NCBI GenBank assembly: GCA_052327205.1
Contig: CM126202.1
Coordinates: 118,668,001-118,732,000, forward strand
DNA from: Somniosus microcephalus
Taxonomy: Eukaryota
Direction of reading: 5' to 3'
Length of the DNA: 64,000 bases
Numbering within the stretch: position 1 is the first letter of the stretch; the number at the start of each line of letters is the position of its first letter. Both the position numbers and the translations under genes were made by a program. Positions 51,875-64,000 of the stretch are shown one piece after another. A model generated the notes under the pieces. The model searched no databases and had not been told where the DNA came from. It was given only the letters and a program-made list of their open reading frames with translations.

Positions 51875-52390
51875 GGGGTAGATTTTAAGTTTCACCGGGA
51901 GGGGTGGGTAAATTCAATATTGTGAATTGGCCGCCTTTTATACATCCCAGTGAATTTTCCTTTCCATTTCGATAGAAAGAAAAATTGAGCTGGGTGTATA
52001 ATGGGTAGTCGACATGCTACCGCCAGTTTTCTGCCTGGCAGTGAAAATTTAATTATATAATGAATGGAAAATCAGTGCCCCAATTTCCCAATATGTGCTT
52101 TTGGTGTGGCAAGCTCCGTGTTGAGAGTGCCAAAGATGAAAATTTACCCCACGATTTTGCACTTGCTTACAGCAGCAACATTACCGTGCTCCTCTCTCTA
52201 GCTATGAAGCAACCAGTGGGGCTCAGGGTTGAGATGAGATGGTCTACGGGGAGAAGGTTTACAGCATTACCATTCTGGCAGCCTTCAACATTGGCTGCTA
52301 TAAACGTTGCACATTTTAACTTTATTTTTACCACTACAAAGAGAAAACTGAGATTTCGCCGACTTGCTCTTTTAACATGAAAATCTAGCC
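51875..52390. mobile_element. Palindromic MITE(s) related to 47820-48059
   Basis: GGGGTAGATTTT start, AAAATCTAGCCC end; internal hairpin TTATACATCCCAG..AATTTTCCTTTC / GAAAGAAAAATT..CTGGGTGTATAA. Confidence 0.5.
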
Positions 52391-52694
52391 CACAGAGTAA
52401 AATATAATAATACGCAATATAATATGTGAATATTTGATGCCATGTAGTATCCTAATGAACTAACTATCTGAATAGTTTATTCCATAGATTTACAGCACAG
52501 AAACAGGCCATTCGGCCCAACCGGTCTATCCCGATGTTTATGCTGCACATGGGCCAATTATATTATTCTTGACCCATGCTCAACACTAACAATCTATTTT
52601 CAGTGAATTGGGAAATTAAGCTCATAATGCAACTCTATCTCTAGTAACATTTTTAAGTTTCTTTAAATTCAATATGGAATCTGTTTCTTGACAG

Positions 52695-52893
52695 AGGTAA
52701 ACCACAGTTGCAGTGGACGAATCTTGACCCCTTAGAATTCCTGGAGGAGTTGAAGAACCTAAAGTATGAGGTGGATGGTTGGGAGGAGATGCTGAACAAG
52801 GCTGGGGTTGGGCATGGTTACATGGATCGCCCTTGCCTGAACCCTACAGATCCTGACTGCCCACATACTGCCCCTAATAAAAACTCAACAACA
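52695..52893 (+). CDS. PTCH1: PTCH1 exon 6
   Basis: ACAG|A; [48 protein letters not shown]; |GTAAGT; 199 nt. Confidence 0.97.
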
Positions 52894-53156
52894 GTAAGTA
52901 ATAAATGTAGACCTTTTACCTATGTCTCTATATGGTCATTTCTTTTAAATCAGGATTTACACCATGGTGATTATTACTGTACTTTTATTGTGAAACATTG
53001 ACATATACAATTTGCCTTAATTATCATTTCCTCTAAGTGTTAACTAAAATGTATATGAATTATATATTGAAAAAATGTGGAAACTAATGAACCCTCTTGT
53101 TATCGTTTATAATCATATGGTACCCAGTTATCTAATGATGCTTACTATATTTACAG

Positions 53157-53278
53157 CCTCTTGATATTGCCCGTGTGTTAAGTGGTGGTTGCCAGGGCCT
53201 GTCGAAAAAGTACATGCATTGGCAAGAGGAGCTAATAGTAGGGGGTACCACAAAGAATAGCAGTGGAAAACTACACAG
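53157..53278 (+). CDS. PTCH1: PTCH1 exon 7
   Basis: ACAG|; [40 protein letters not shown]; AG|GTAAG; 122 nt. Confidence 0.97.
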
Positions 53279-53708
53279 GTAAGTAACCAAACTAGAATAG
53301 AACAGAAATCAATTTGTACAACCCAAGTTATAGCTAATTTCAGTTACAGTTTGTAGCAACCAGGACACAGAAATACACATCATAGAGACTGAACTTGGGA
53401 TCCTCCAGTCTCAGGGCCACACTATATGTTGTAAATATTCACCGAGCCATCATCTGGGAAGGGGAAACTCTCCAAATAGACTTTTTGTTAAAAGTGAAAA
53501 GAGAGCTGTCTTAATAGCTCGAATTGTAGACTTTTTGTAGACCAGAGAGGAGTCTTGTCTTAGGAAAAACACCTCTTTGCTTTTTTGTAAAGGCACAGCT
53601 ATTTACATAGATAGCCATATTTAAATGTATTTTTTTAAAGTAAATATATAATCTAAAGGAACATGTTTATTTACGATCTTTTAGTCTGGATGGCTCAGAC
53701 CACATAAT

Positions 53709-54395
53709 GGCCTAGAAATTCAGTAGGCTTTGCGCCCAGTTTTCGCCCAAAGAGGGCTTTTGCGCCACTTGCTGAGCTTTCGCCGATATTCAGCGCTGCG
53801 GTAATGGCGGCGTTAGCCAGTAGTGCTGCGCCGCCACCGATGACGTCATCGGTGTGCGCAGTGCCCCGCTACCGGCCCGACCGCCATATTTAGTTGTGGC
53901 CGCCTCTTCCGCAGCGGCCGCAAACAGCGATCAGAAAACGGGGCCGTACTGTAGCCTTAGTGGGGCGCTTTAAGGTGGAGGTGCGGCCGGCCGCTTTTTC
54001 GGCGGCCGCCTGCCCGCACCTCCTTCCCCGGCCTCCTCCACCCCCCCCCGCGGCATTGCCGGCTGCTTTCCGCGAACCCGGCACTTCTCCGTGGTGCCGG
54101 GCTCATTTGCCGGCACTATCCAGCGGCGATCTCCCCGTTGCAGGCACCTCCCCCTTAAGAGAAGGAGGAGGCCTGCAGTACCGCAGCCTGCCGCTCCGCA
54201 GCGGGTGGCGCAGCGGCGCCTAGAGCGCTGAAATTCAGTTTCAGCGCCCCAAGCGGGGGCGGGCACACCCTGGAATAGCGCCCGGTTCCGACTTGGGGCG
54301 CAAAAACCGAATATCTGACGGGCGCAACTGGCTCCGTGCTCACGCCAACTTTTGGGCGCACGCCAGCTGGCGGGCCCAAAGTGAATTTCTAGGCC
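53709..54395. mobile_element. Young PIF/Harbinger-type MITE, CpG-rich
   Basis: Perfect 14-bp TIR GGCCTAGAAATTCA / TGAATTTCTAGGCC; AAT TSD at 53706-53708 and 54396-54398. Confidence 0.9.
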
Positions 54396-55073
54396 AATAT
54401 GTTATATATATCTACTGAGCCATCATTTGGGGAGGGGAGACGTATTAAAACTGAAAAAGGGAGCAGTCTATCAGCTCTATTCACAGACTTCTGTAGACCA
54501 GAGAGGTAGGTGTTTTGTTTTGGTGGGACGGGGGAATGGCATTTACCACTTTGCCCTGCTTGAATCCCATCTTTTTTTCATCTGAGTACCATGATCAGAC
54601 CATCATTGACAACAATCATGAAGTCCACAGTTCTGGCTTCCTGCCTTGAGGATGCTACCTGTTAGCAAACAGACCATGGGGGAAAAAAGCAAAGAAAAAG
54701 AGAAAAACATTAAATCCCCCATCCCAAAAAATGCTATGTAAAAAAAAATTGGTTTCAAGTGGTATTCAATTTTACTTTGCACAATACAGAACTTAATGAA
54801 CTAATTCATAATAAAATAGGACTCCTAACTTTCAAAGCAAAAATACCCTTTTTTCTATACAGCTTCTAAGACTAACTGTGGACAGGCATATTGTATGTTT
54901 ATTCACAAGTTCACTTAAATAAGTGTTGCAGCATAATAAAAGTCAAGTTTTTAGTGGGTGAAAAAAAGTAGCTGAAAGATTTTGAGCTTTTCATTTATGA
55001 CTTCGTAAACTGAGTTCTTTTCCTGATAATGTTTATTTTTTCCCATCCCCCATCTCTCTGTGCCTCTGTTCAG

Positions 55074-55221
55074 TGCCCAGGCTTTCCAGACCATGTTTCA
55101 GTTAATGACCCCCAAGCAGATGTATGAGCACTTCAAGGATTATTACTACGTTTCGGATATCAACTGGAATCCGGACAAAGCTGCAGCCATTCTAGAGGCC
55201 TGGCAAAGGAAATATGTTGAG
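55074..55221 (+). CDS. PTCH1: PTCH1 exon 8
   Basis: TCAG|T; [49 protein letters not shown]; |GTAAAA; 148 nt. Confidence 0.97.
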
Positions 55222-55359
55222 GTAAAATGGAAAGAAAAGTAAATTAAAAGTGCTTTTGTTTATATGGTGAGGCCTGTATGTTGGATCAGGACATAACTAA
55301 CATTTCAGGATCTAAGGAAAGAGGTAACTACCACAATATATATTCACTGTACAGCACAT

Positions 55360-55495
55360 TGCCCATTCATCTGTCTGTGGGATCTTGCTATATGCAGAAT
55401 GATTGCTGTTTTAGCCCTACATAACAACAGTCACTGCACTTCAGAGTAGTATATTGTGTGAAGCACTTCGAAACATTTCTCAGAGACATGCAAGT
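55360..55495 (+). mobile_element. AmnSINE1/SINE3-like (L2-tail) SINE relic
   Basis: CTGTCTGTGGGATCTTGCT..ACATAACAACAGTCACTGCACTTCA..TGTGAAGCACTTCG matches the recalled 3' part of this SINE group. Confidence 0.55.
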
Positions 55496-56630
55496 TTTTC
55501 AGACCTTTTTAAAAATGTCATTTGATAATTTAACTTATTCTAATAAGTAAAATCCCATTTAACATTGTAAGTTTTTGTGTATTTGTTTTTCTTTTTAAAT
55601 TGTGCGTTGGAAATAAGTTGCATTTCAGTGTTTAGAAAACCGTGCATATAAGGCTATATGTAATAGGAAGGATGTGTCTGTCAAATGGTCAATTTAGCCT
55701 CCAGATGTGGCTTCCTGCAGTGAAGCCTGCTTCTGTCTCTTTTTGCTTGCACAGTTTTCAAAAAAAAGTCGATGCTATGCAATGCCTGATTTGAGATAAA
55801 CCTTTTGGGATTCAGAATCATTGGTATAGTTTTTTTTTGGAATACTACCTGTGGAGATTGTAGTTTTAATACAAACAGACGTCGTGTTAATATTTCAACC
55901 AAACTTAGAATAATATTTGTTTTCAACTGCATTTATAAACATAATATAGAAACAAACAAAGCCTACACTGAACTGAGCAGCAGTCGCCCACTGTGATTGT
56001 TACTCTGTTTATTAAAAAAAAGGTGTCTGGAAAACATTAGCTAGGCACAGAATCTGCTCACAGCTGCAGTCCCATTGGTAGGGTCATGTGACATCATCTG
56101 GCATTTGTTTCCCGGGCAGTGACCTTTGTAAAGCAGCCTGTGACCCTGTGTACTGGCCAGCCAATGAAGCATGAATGAGGAGCCCTGAAGAATTTTTTTT
56201 GTTTGAGTGAAGAAGAACCTGATGAATTGCCTAAGCTGTAACTTTTACTGTCGGGGGGGGGTGGGGTGGGGAGCGGGCGGGGAAACAAAGATTGTTTTGC
56301 ATATAGGCAGAATAGGAGGTTTATTAAATGTCTGTAAATCAGAAATGCAATTAAACTAAGGTGACAATGAATTAGTTTATCTCATTTTCTAGTGTTACTG
56401 TGCATTTTAGGTGGAATATACCCATTTAAAATGAGCGCATAGATAATATGGAGGCTCTAAATCTTTAATTCTAATTGATTAATTATTAACTGGTCTGATC
56501 ACTTTTTTAAGTTCTTTGTTGCAACTGTTTTAAGAAAACTATAGAATTTGGATACAACGTTCACTGAAAATGCTTATCGACAATCGAACTAATAATCTCC
56601 TTTTAAATTTATGTATAACACCTTCTGCAG

Positions 56631-56762
56631 ATTGTCCATCAAAGTGTTGCACAGAATTCGACCCAGAAGGTTCTTTCATTCTCTACTACTACCCTTGAGG
56701 ACATCCTCAAGTCATTTTCCAGTGTCAGTGTTATACGAGTGGCTGGTGGCTATCTTTTAATG
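56631..56762 (+). CDS. PTCH1: PTCH1 exon 9 (start of TM2/SSD)
   Basis: GCAG|; [44 protein letters not shown]; |GTAAGT; 132 nt. Confidence 0.97.
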
Positions 56763-57012
56763 GTAAGTCATTCTGCGCACCTCAGATTGCAGCTATGGCA
56801 ATAATAGCATCAATACTGCTTAACAATCCAAAATAATATTGGGGAAACTACTAGTTAAGAACCGGTTTGATCTTATGCTCATAAAGTTGTCACAATTTGT
56901 GGCATTCCTGTGTTTGAGTGGGACTAATGTATGAGTTCATTGTGCTGTTTTATTTTGAGTTGTATTTAAATAATTTTTTGTTTGAAAATCATCAGGATGA
57001 ATTGGATTTTAA

Positions 57013-57216
<204 letters not shown>

Positions 57217-59528
57217 TAATTTGTACCAAAATCTTTTCAGCCATATAACTATTTAAGTAATGTTATGTGTTATAATATCCATTAGAAGAGAAGTAATTTA
57301 TCCCATGGTGCATCCCATAGATTATTATTTTGTTTTAAAGATTAAGTCATAAATAACATTGTAATGGCTTCTCCATCAAGCTCTATGAATAATCAATTTA
57401 CACAGTAAAGCAGATGAGGTAGATGTCTTTTCCTTTCGCTGCCTCAGTAAAGTCAACCACTGGAATCCCATTGGAGTATTCCGAATTTCTATCACTGGCG
57501 ACAGTGCATTAATTTTGTCGCTTGACTGATTAGGAGACACTCTGCTGAGTTTTTGATTTTCTAATGTTTAGCAAAAAACTGAGTAAAACATTTTTAAAAG
57601 CTGCCCTGAAAATGTCACCAATACAAAGAGGTGGATGTGACCCAAAGATGTCAGCAGAACACATTTACTGCAATGCTTCACTCAGCAGCTGGATTACTTC
57701 AACAGCTCCTTGGAGAAGCTTAAAATGCAATCACTTAAAGAATAATTTTTCAGGAAAAGGAATTAAATGGGATGCTTTCAGAGGTTAGAATTTAATGTTC
57801 ATAGTACTTGCTCTTTGAGTAACCTTATCCTGAACAGAATTTATATGCCTTCTTTTTAATATCCACACATGGGCTCCAATTCCAAACTGTCAAAATTAAA
57901 AACAAATAAACTTACCTTTTCAAAATCATCTGGTTCCCAAAAAGTGTCAAAGTAAAATGTTCCTATTCACAGTATTGTTTTCTTCTCTCTTCTTAGACAC
58001 TTCGAATGCTAAACTGAAAAAATGTTTATACTTACACTTGTTTAACTTGGATTCCAGGACAGCAGCATCCATTAGCCAGATCCCAGCATTTATACTAGCA
58101 AACCAGGCGCCCTTATTCTGGGAGCAGAATAGTAAACCTAATTTTTGGTGGGCCTAGGATTGTGCTGCCAGAGTAAGGGAGCCTGATCTCCTAGTGCAAA
58201 CTATGGAAGTCATATTATGGACACCAATCTCCCTGAATCAGACCTGAACATGTGTCAGTATAACCACAACACAAAAGAAAATTGTGTAAAGTTGATTTCC
58301 AATACTGCAGTCAGATTAGCCTCTTAAATTGAGTCAGTCATGGACTATGACTACTTTTGATCCTGAAGCAGTGTTTCAATTATTCCAAGGAGTATTATCG
58401 TAGGTTTGCTAGTACTGGTGATCCTGAACTACTATTACCAAGGGAAAGTATTTTATTTCATCAGTAACTACGCAGTAAAATATTTTTACATCACAATCAG
58501 ATTGCATTGGACATTTTGATGTCATTACATATTGTTCATTGAACTATATAGCACAGGCAGTTCAGTTGTTGACTCAAGACTTAATCCTCATGCAAACTAG
58601 TTCCAAATTTGAAATCTAAACACAAAATTTAATTTCCTGATCTTAAACTTTACAAGCCAAGAAATGTACGGATGTGTCATTGAAGACTAAAACGGGACTA
58701 AATGCTAACATTTAGTTAGCCTTAATCTTGTATGCATATTATTGAGTTTAATGTCACTACTACTACAGCAGTAACTTTCATTTATACAACACCTTTAACA
58801 TAGAAAAATGTCTCAAAGTACTTATTCTTAATACTTAAATATTAAGGAACCCCAGCGGATCTCCGGACCGAAGGCCAGAGAATGGGGTGGAACCTGGTTC
58901 GTCTGAGATTCCGTCCCATATTTCAGGTATGGGAGGCTGTGGGAAAATCTTCAATCCACGTCCCCCCCCCCACCCCCAATCCCCCATGTCAATGGGGCGT
59001 GTCTTGGAGAATTCCTGGGCTACCTCGAAAATTGTATCCAGTATGCCCATATAAGGCCTTAGCAGAACTCTTGCCAGCTAAAAGCTAACATGAGGTTTGG
59101 AGGCCTTCAAAAAAGTGCCAAAGCTTTACTAAGCAAAGGTACTCAATCTTAATTAAAGGGTTCCATTAGAGGTGAAGAGCTTTAAATGTTTTTTAATCTT
59201 TGACCCCAGTGAGAGCCTCAAACATAACCGACGAGCAGAGTGGCTTTTGGCCAATCTGCTGCTAGATCAGGAAGAACACTACTGATGTGCCCTTCGAGTG
59301 CCAGTGGCCTGCCCCATCTGTGCAGATGATCTTCTCCCTGCAGTATGAGATGGGGTTGAGGGCTCTGGGCACACTTACAGCCTGCTCTACCATACTTCTG
59401 CCAGTGAGCAGGCCAGTCAGAATTTTTGTCCCTGAAGTCTTTGTTGGATTTTGCACAGAATTAAGCATTGCAAACACTTCATGGAATAAAATAAATGGAA
59501 TAAAATACACATGAAAGGTATTCTGTGA

Positions 59529-59786
<258 letters not shown>

Positions 59787-61018
59787 TAATTTAAGGGAAG
59801 CTGGTAAATGATCTTTTTTGCATTCAGCTTATTTTATTTTCCTGTATTAGTATCCCACCGGGTAACACATTATGACCATATTTCAGAGCAGGTGTCATAT
59901 TTTTATAACTAGATTTATTTGCAACTGGAGATGGGGGAGTGCTTTGAATAGAAAGTACTCGCCTAGACTTTAATTGGCCTTTAACAAAGCTCATGTCTAT
60001 GTCTGTAACCTAGGTGTGGGCTTCTGGAGCTCAATGACAAAGTGGCAGTCTAAAAGAAACCTGTATTTACTTGGCTTCCTCGCCCCCCACTCCCCCCACC
60101 CCCAACATACACTGACTCCTCAGTTCCCAGTGTCTTTGTTAGAAAGCTTAAAGCATTTTGACTGTCTCATTCTGCTGTAGCTTTTATGTGGTTTAAATCA
60201 AAAAGTAAACAGTTCCTTTGGTAGAAAAACATTATCCCTCTGGTTTTGAATGACAGACTGGCTCAATGTGTGGTCCAGCATTTTATTGCTGCACCCTTTT
60301 TAAAAAAAAGGAGTGTCACTCTGTATTTGTAGCCCTGCAGATATACCATCAGCTGAGATATGAGGATAATACAGGAATAGTTGTATCAAAAACAAGGATT
60401 GTTTAGCTTTAATGAAAAAATGCTCACTATTCTTCTCCAGCATAATAGGGTTGGGGTGCATTTTGTGAGGGGAAGATTTAACATATGATTAGATTATCCG
60501 AAAGAAGTTCACTGTTTTCATACTGTGGAGGGGGTGGAGGCTGCTGTTCTGCATCCATAGAGTTTTTGGCATAATGAAGAGCTTACGACTTTCCTTCAAA
60601 AATGACAATTTGCTGTCATTTTTATGAGTTATCGTCCTATAAAACCAAATGCACAATTCTAGTTTTCAGAGCACAGTACATATTTTTGGTACCGGAATGT
60701 TGCCATAGCCTTTAGAGGGTTAACATGAATAGTATCTCTACTCAGGAAAAAAAAACAGATTTGCAGTTCCAAAGTTGGAAAGTTGATTGTAATTGGCGTA
60801 GTATTTGTGTACTGTTGGCTATGTCCACAACCAAGATGGTAATCTAAACTGCCTTCATTCACTAATTTAATTTTTATGAACGGTACTAGTGCTGTATGCT
60901 TTATCCATGTATTCAGAAAAAGTGTTTTTGTTTACCTTTTTCTATCATCCAATGTCTTATGGGAATAACCATCATAAATCTTGTTTTGATATTCTTCCAC
61001 CTATTATGTCCCCCAAAG

Positions 61019-61144
61019 GACCGAACAGGAGAATGTCTAAAGAGAACTGGAGCAAGTGTGGCCCTTACCTCCATCAGCAATGTGACTGCCTTCTTCATGG
61101 CTGCTTTAATACCTATTCCTGCCCTAAGAGCATTTTCCTTACAA
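61019..61144 (+). CDS. PTCH1: PTCH1 exon 12
   Basis: AAAG|; [42 protein letters not shown]; |GTAAGT; 126 nt; the gene continues beyond the window. Confidence 0.96.
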
Positions 61145-61479
61145 GTAAGTGAAACAATACTGTTCAGTCCATGTTTTTGAAAGTCATGTATGTTCTTATC
61201 ATTGTTGGTGAGGGAGCTCAGCATTAAATTGTGTAAAAACAAATGTTCAGTCTCTGAAATTGTGTAAGCAAATGAATTGTGATTTAATAAAGCAACAACA
61301 TGCATGCAATTCAGTGAGTCTTACTGTTTTATCAATACTGTTATTGTAGTAAGATGAGAACCGTTAGTTATCTTTTAATGGGTCATGGAAGAAATAATGG
61401 GTGATGGAAGAAATATAGCTGAAGTATGCAACATTGTCAATGAGCTGCCATTAGGAAAAATGCCAGAGGTGCCTTTACT

Positions 61480-61800
61480 CAGATTCAGATTCAGATTAGA
61501 TTTATTTGCCATACGTAACAAGTACAATGGAATGCTTGTTCCCCGTAGGGACGCGTCAGCTATACATACAGCGCCGCGTTCAAATTCAATACAATGGCTT
61601 CCCGTGGCAGTGGGAGCACGATGTCCCTCAGCCGCTCCGTCCTCCTCTTCACCGCGGCCTCCTCCTCACTGTTGCCGGCTCCACATGTGGTGGCCTGCTT
61701 CTCCCGCTCTGGCCACCATGCTCGGCTCCCATCCGGACTGCGAGTTACCCGAAATGGAGCTGCCGGCCGACGTGCTGCAGCTTACTGTGGTCGTCTTGTT
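61480..61800 (-). mobile_element. Short CpG-rich retroposon-like insertion with tandem (CTGAAT)n tail
   Basis: (CAGATT)3-AGATTTATTTGCCA at the left end, followed by an abrupt GC/CpG-rich block. Confidence 0.45.
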
Positions 61801-63698
61801 GTTAGAGAAAAATACTTCTGGTACATTTCCACAATTGTCATGAAACTATGGTAATCCTTTGTAGTTTGAAGGTGGTCAGTGTTTAATGGCATTTATAATG
61901 GTGCCTTGCTTGCCAGAACTATAAACACTGGGACTGAAATTCCTTGTGAAATCATTTAATGCTTTAAAGCTGTATGTATATGAGGCTGCAGTCACATTTA
62001 TCGCTACATAGATAGCTTAAAATGAGTTCTGCTGTTAAAATTATAATCTAGTAGTATCTTTTTAGACACTCTAAAGTGAACTTCCTTCTCCGTGTATCTG
62101 GAAAAGAATTATTTTTCTAAAATAATCTGACTGCTAAATAAAGCATCCTGGATCAAGTCCAGTCAAGGAGCTCAATTAACTGACACTGATCCTAACTAAA
62201 AAAACACATTGTAAATGTGTGCAAGAACTGCATGTGATAATAAATACATTTTTTGTTTCGAGTAGCCGTTTTCCAAAGCCAAAAGCATCAAAAGGTAGGT
62301 ACTACAGGCTAGCTGATATTGGTGAAATCAAGGAAGATCTTATTCATTTCTAATATTGCTTACTGCAGGCATAACGTGCTTCAGCTTAACATGGAGACAA
62401 TTTATGAGGACTGCTAACCTCTGCAGTGCAGATAAACTGTACTATTTCAGAAGAGTAATTTTGCTTTTCGTAACCTGTGTCTCCACTCATTTTTCATGCT
62501 GCTTGACCTGTAACCTCCCCAGCGGAAGTGAAGGGTTGTAATTTTTCTTGATACCTGGGATAATAATTCCAGCAACTAGATAGAACCATAAAAACAGCAC
62601 TTTGAAGCTAGGAGTGACAATTTGGTTACATTAATAGTTATTTCTAAATTGAGAGGGTGAGAAAATGTTTGGAGAACTGTATATTTTTTAAACACTTACA
62701 TGAAAGGAAATGTCAAAGTAGATTGTACAGAAGCAAATGCTCACTCTTCCAACTCCTTTGATGATATATGTTTGCGTTCCCAAAGCACCTGTTCAAATCA
62801 ATTTGATTGGCTTGCCAAGCAGAAGTTTAGCATTGAATGTAACTTTAAACAGAAAAAGACCTCCTCATTTTTTCATTTTGGTTTGACAGTTTTTTCCTAT
62901 GATTTAAAAAATAATAATTCCAGTTGATTTATGTGTTCAAAAAGGGAGTTGGCTTTGACCTTTTCCTTAAGACAGTGTGAGATAATTATCAAAGCGTCCA
63001 CGTCTTTTGAGGCCCAGTATCTGTAAAGCAATCCAGCCGCTGAGGGAGAATAAATGGTTTCCTGATTAGCTCTTGCAAATGCAGTCTGCTTTCAGTCTTG
63101 CATGTCAACGGTTTTTTCTTTTCTTTTTTCCTGTTATTTTGCTTGGAATGTTTGGCATAGTTTTCTCCTTCTGAATTGTTGGTCGAGTAACAAATCTATG
63201 TTTGATCAGCTTTTGGTGTCACAGTTGACAAACAGTGTGGTAGTGTATATTAAGGTAATCAGATCTAAGTTGGTAATTTTGTGGAACTTGCACAGGCCTG
63301 TAAAGAAGACTGGATGAAGCACTATTAAATACATGTATACATATTTATTTATATACACTATAGTATGAACAGGTTTCATTGGAAAACATTACAGTGTATT
63401 GAAGAGGGGGAAAAAATCCTTGACAAAGTTGTGGCAGATTGAGTAAGTGCAGTGAATGGCCTACATAGCCCCCCTTTCCCAATTCTTTAACCTTTGCAGA
63501 CCCCTGCCTTGGTTGTATGACAAATAGAATTGCACTCTGAAGAAAAGCTGTTGCAGCAGTTTAGAACTGGGTATTGAAAAGGACAACAAAGGGAGGATCT
63601 AGCAGAGTTGCAAGCAGGCAGAAGTAAGGTGGGAACTGTGGATGACAGGCCTCATCATCTGCTCATCACCTCTGGCTATGCAGTACACCCATGCTCTC

Positions 63699-63707
63699 TG
63701 GGTGGTC
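63699..63707 (-). promoter_or_regulatory. GLI consensus site in intron 12
   Basis: TGGGTGGTC = reverse complement of GACCACCCA. Confidence 0.4.
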
Positions 63708-64000
63708 TACCAGGAATGGTGGATACAGCATGTACCTTGGACTGGGCCCCTACCAACCAGTCATGCTGGCTTTTCTTTGTGCACCTCATGCACAGGCTTT
63801 CATTCTTTTTAACCTTAGCATGAAGTAACCAGTTTTCCTATGAACAGCTTATTGATGATGCATGTTTGATTGTTTGATTTATTTGATTTCTAAAAAAAAG
63901 TGAGAATAGATGCTGTGCTTGAAACCACACAGACATCAATCTACTTAGTACTTAAAGCTTAATCCCTCTCACTTTCAGAGTTGGTGTGTTCATTCAGAAA

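Noticed and set aside
52691-52702. CAG|AG|GTAAA as a recursive splice site or micro-exon
   Set aside because: GGT AAA encodes the G-K of exon 6; geometry does not fit YAG|GT
53890-54379. GC-rich ORFs and CpG island in intron 7
   Set aside because: Lies wholly within a MITE with perfect TIRs and TSD

Overview
Vertebrate genomic DNA, most likely a cartilaginous fish (shark-type LINE/SINE repertoire; inference). The window holds the 5' half of the Hedgehog receptor gene PTCH1 on the + strand. Twelve coding exons (18207-61144, 1695 nt = 565 codons, GT-AG introns, continuous frame) run through the sterol-sensing domain, and the gene continues past the window end. Upstream are a proximal promoter with a perfect GLI site, a CCAAT box and uAUGs, and a distal alternative first exon (~11730-11989) with its own GLI site; it ends in ATG|GT and would give an MGKATGRK... 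isoform. The rest is transposon-derived: a near-intact 4.55 kb CsRn1-type Ty3/Gypsy provirus and a related solo LTR in the 29 kb intron 2; a ~3.25 kb LINE whose 5' end is a tRNA/Deu-SINE head instead of ORF1; an LF-SINE-like relic; CR1/L2/Penelope fragments; a decayed Harbinger; and several MITEs with TIRs and TSDs. Most short ORFs in the supplied track are spurious. Family names and human/mouse comparisons come from recalled consensus features, not from database searches.
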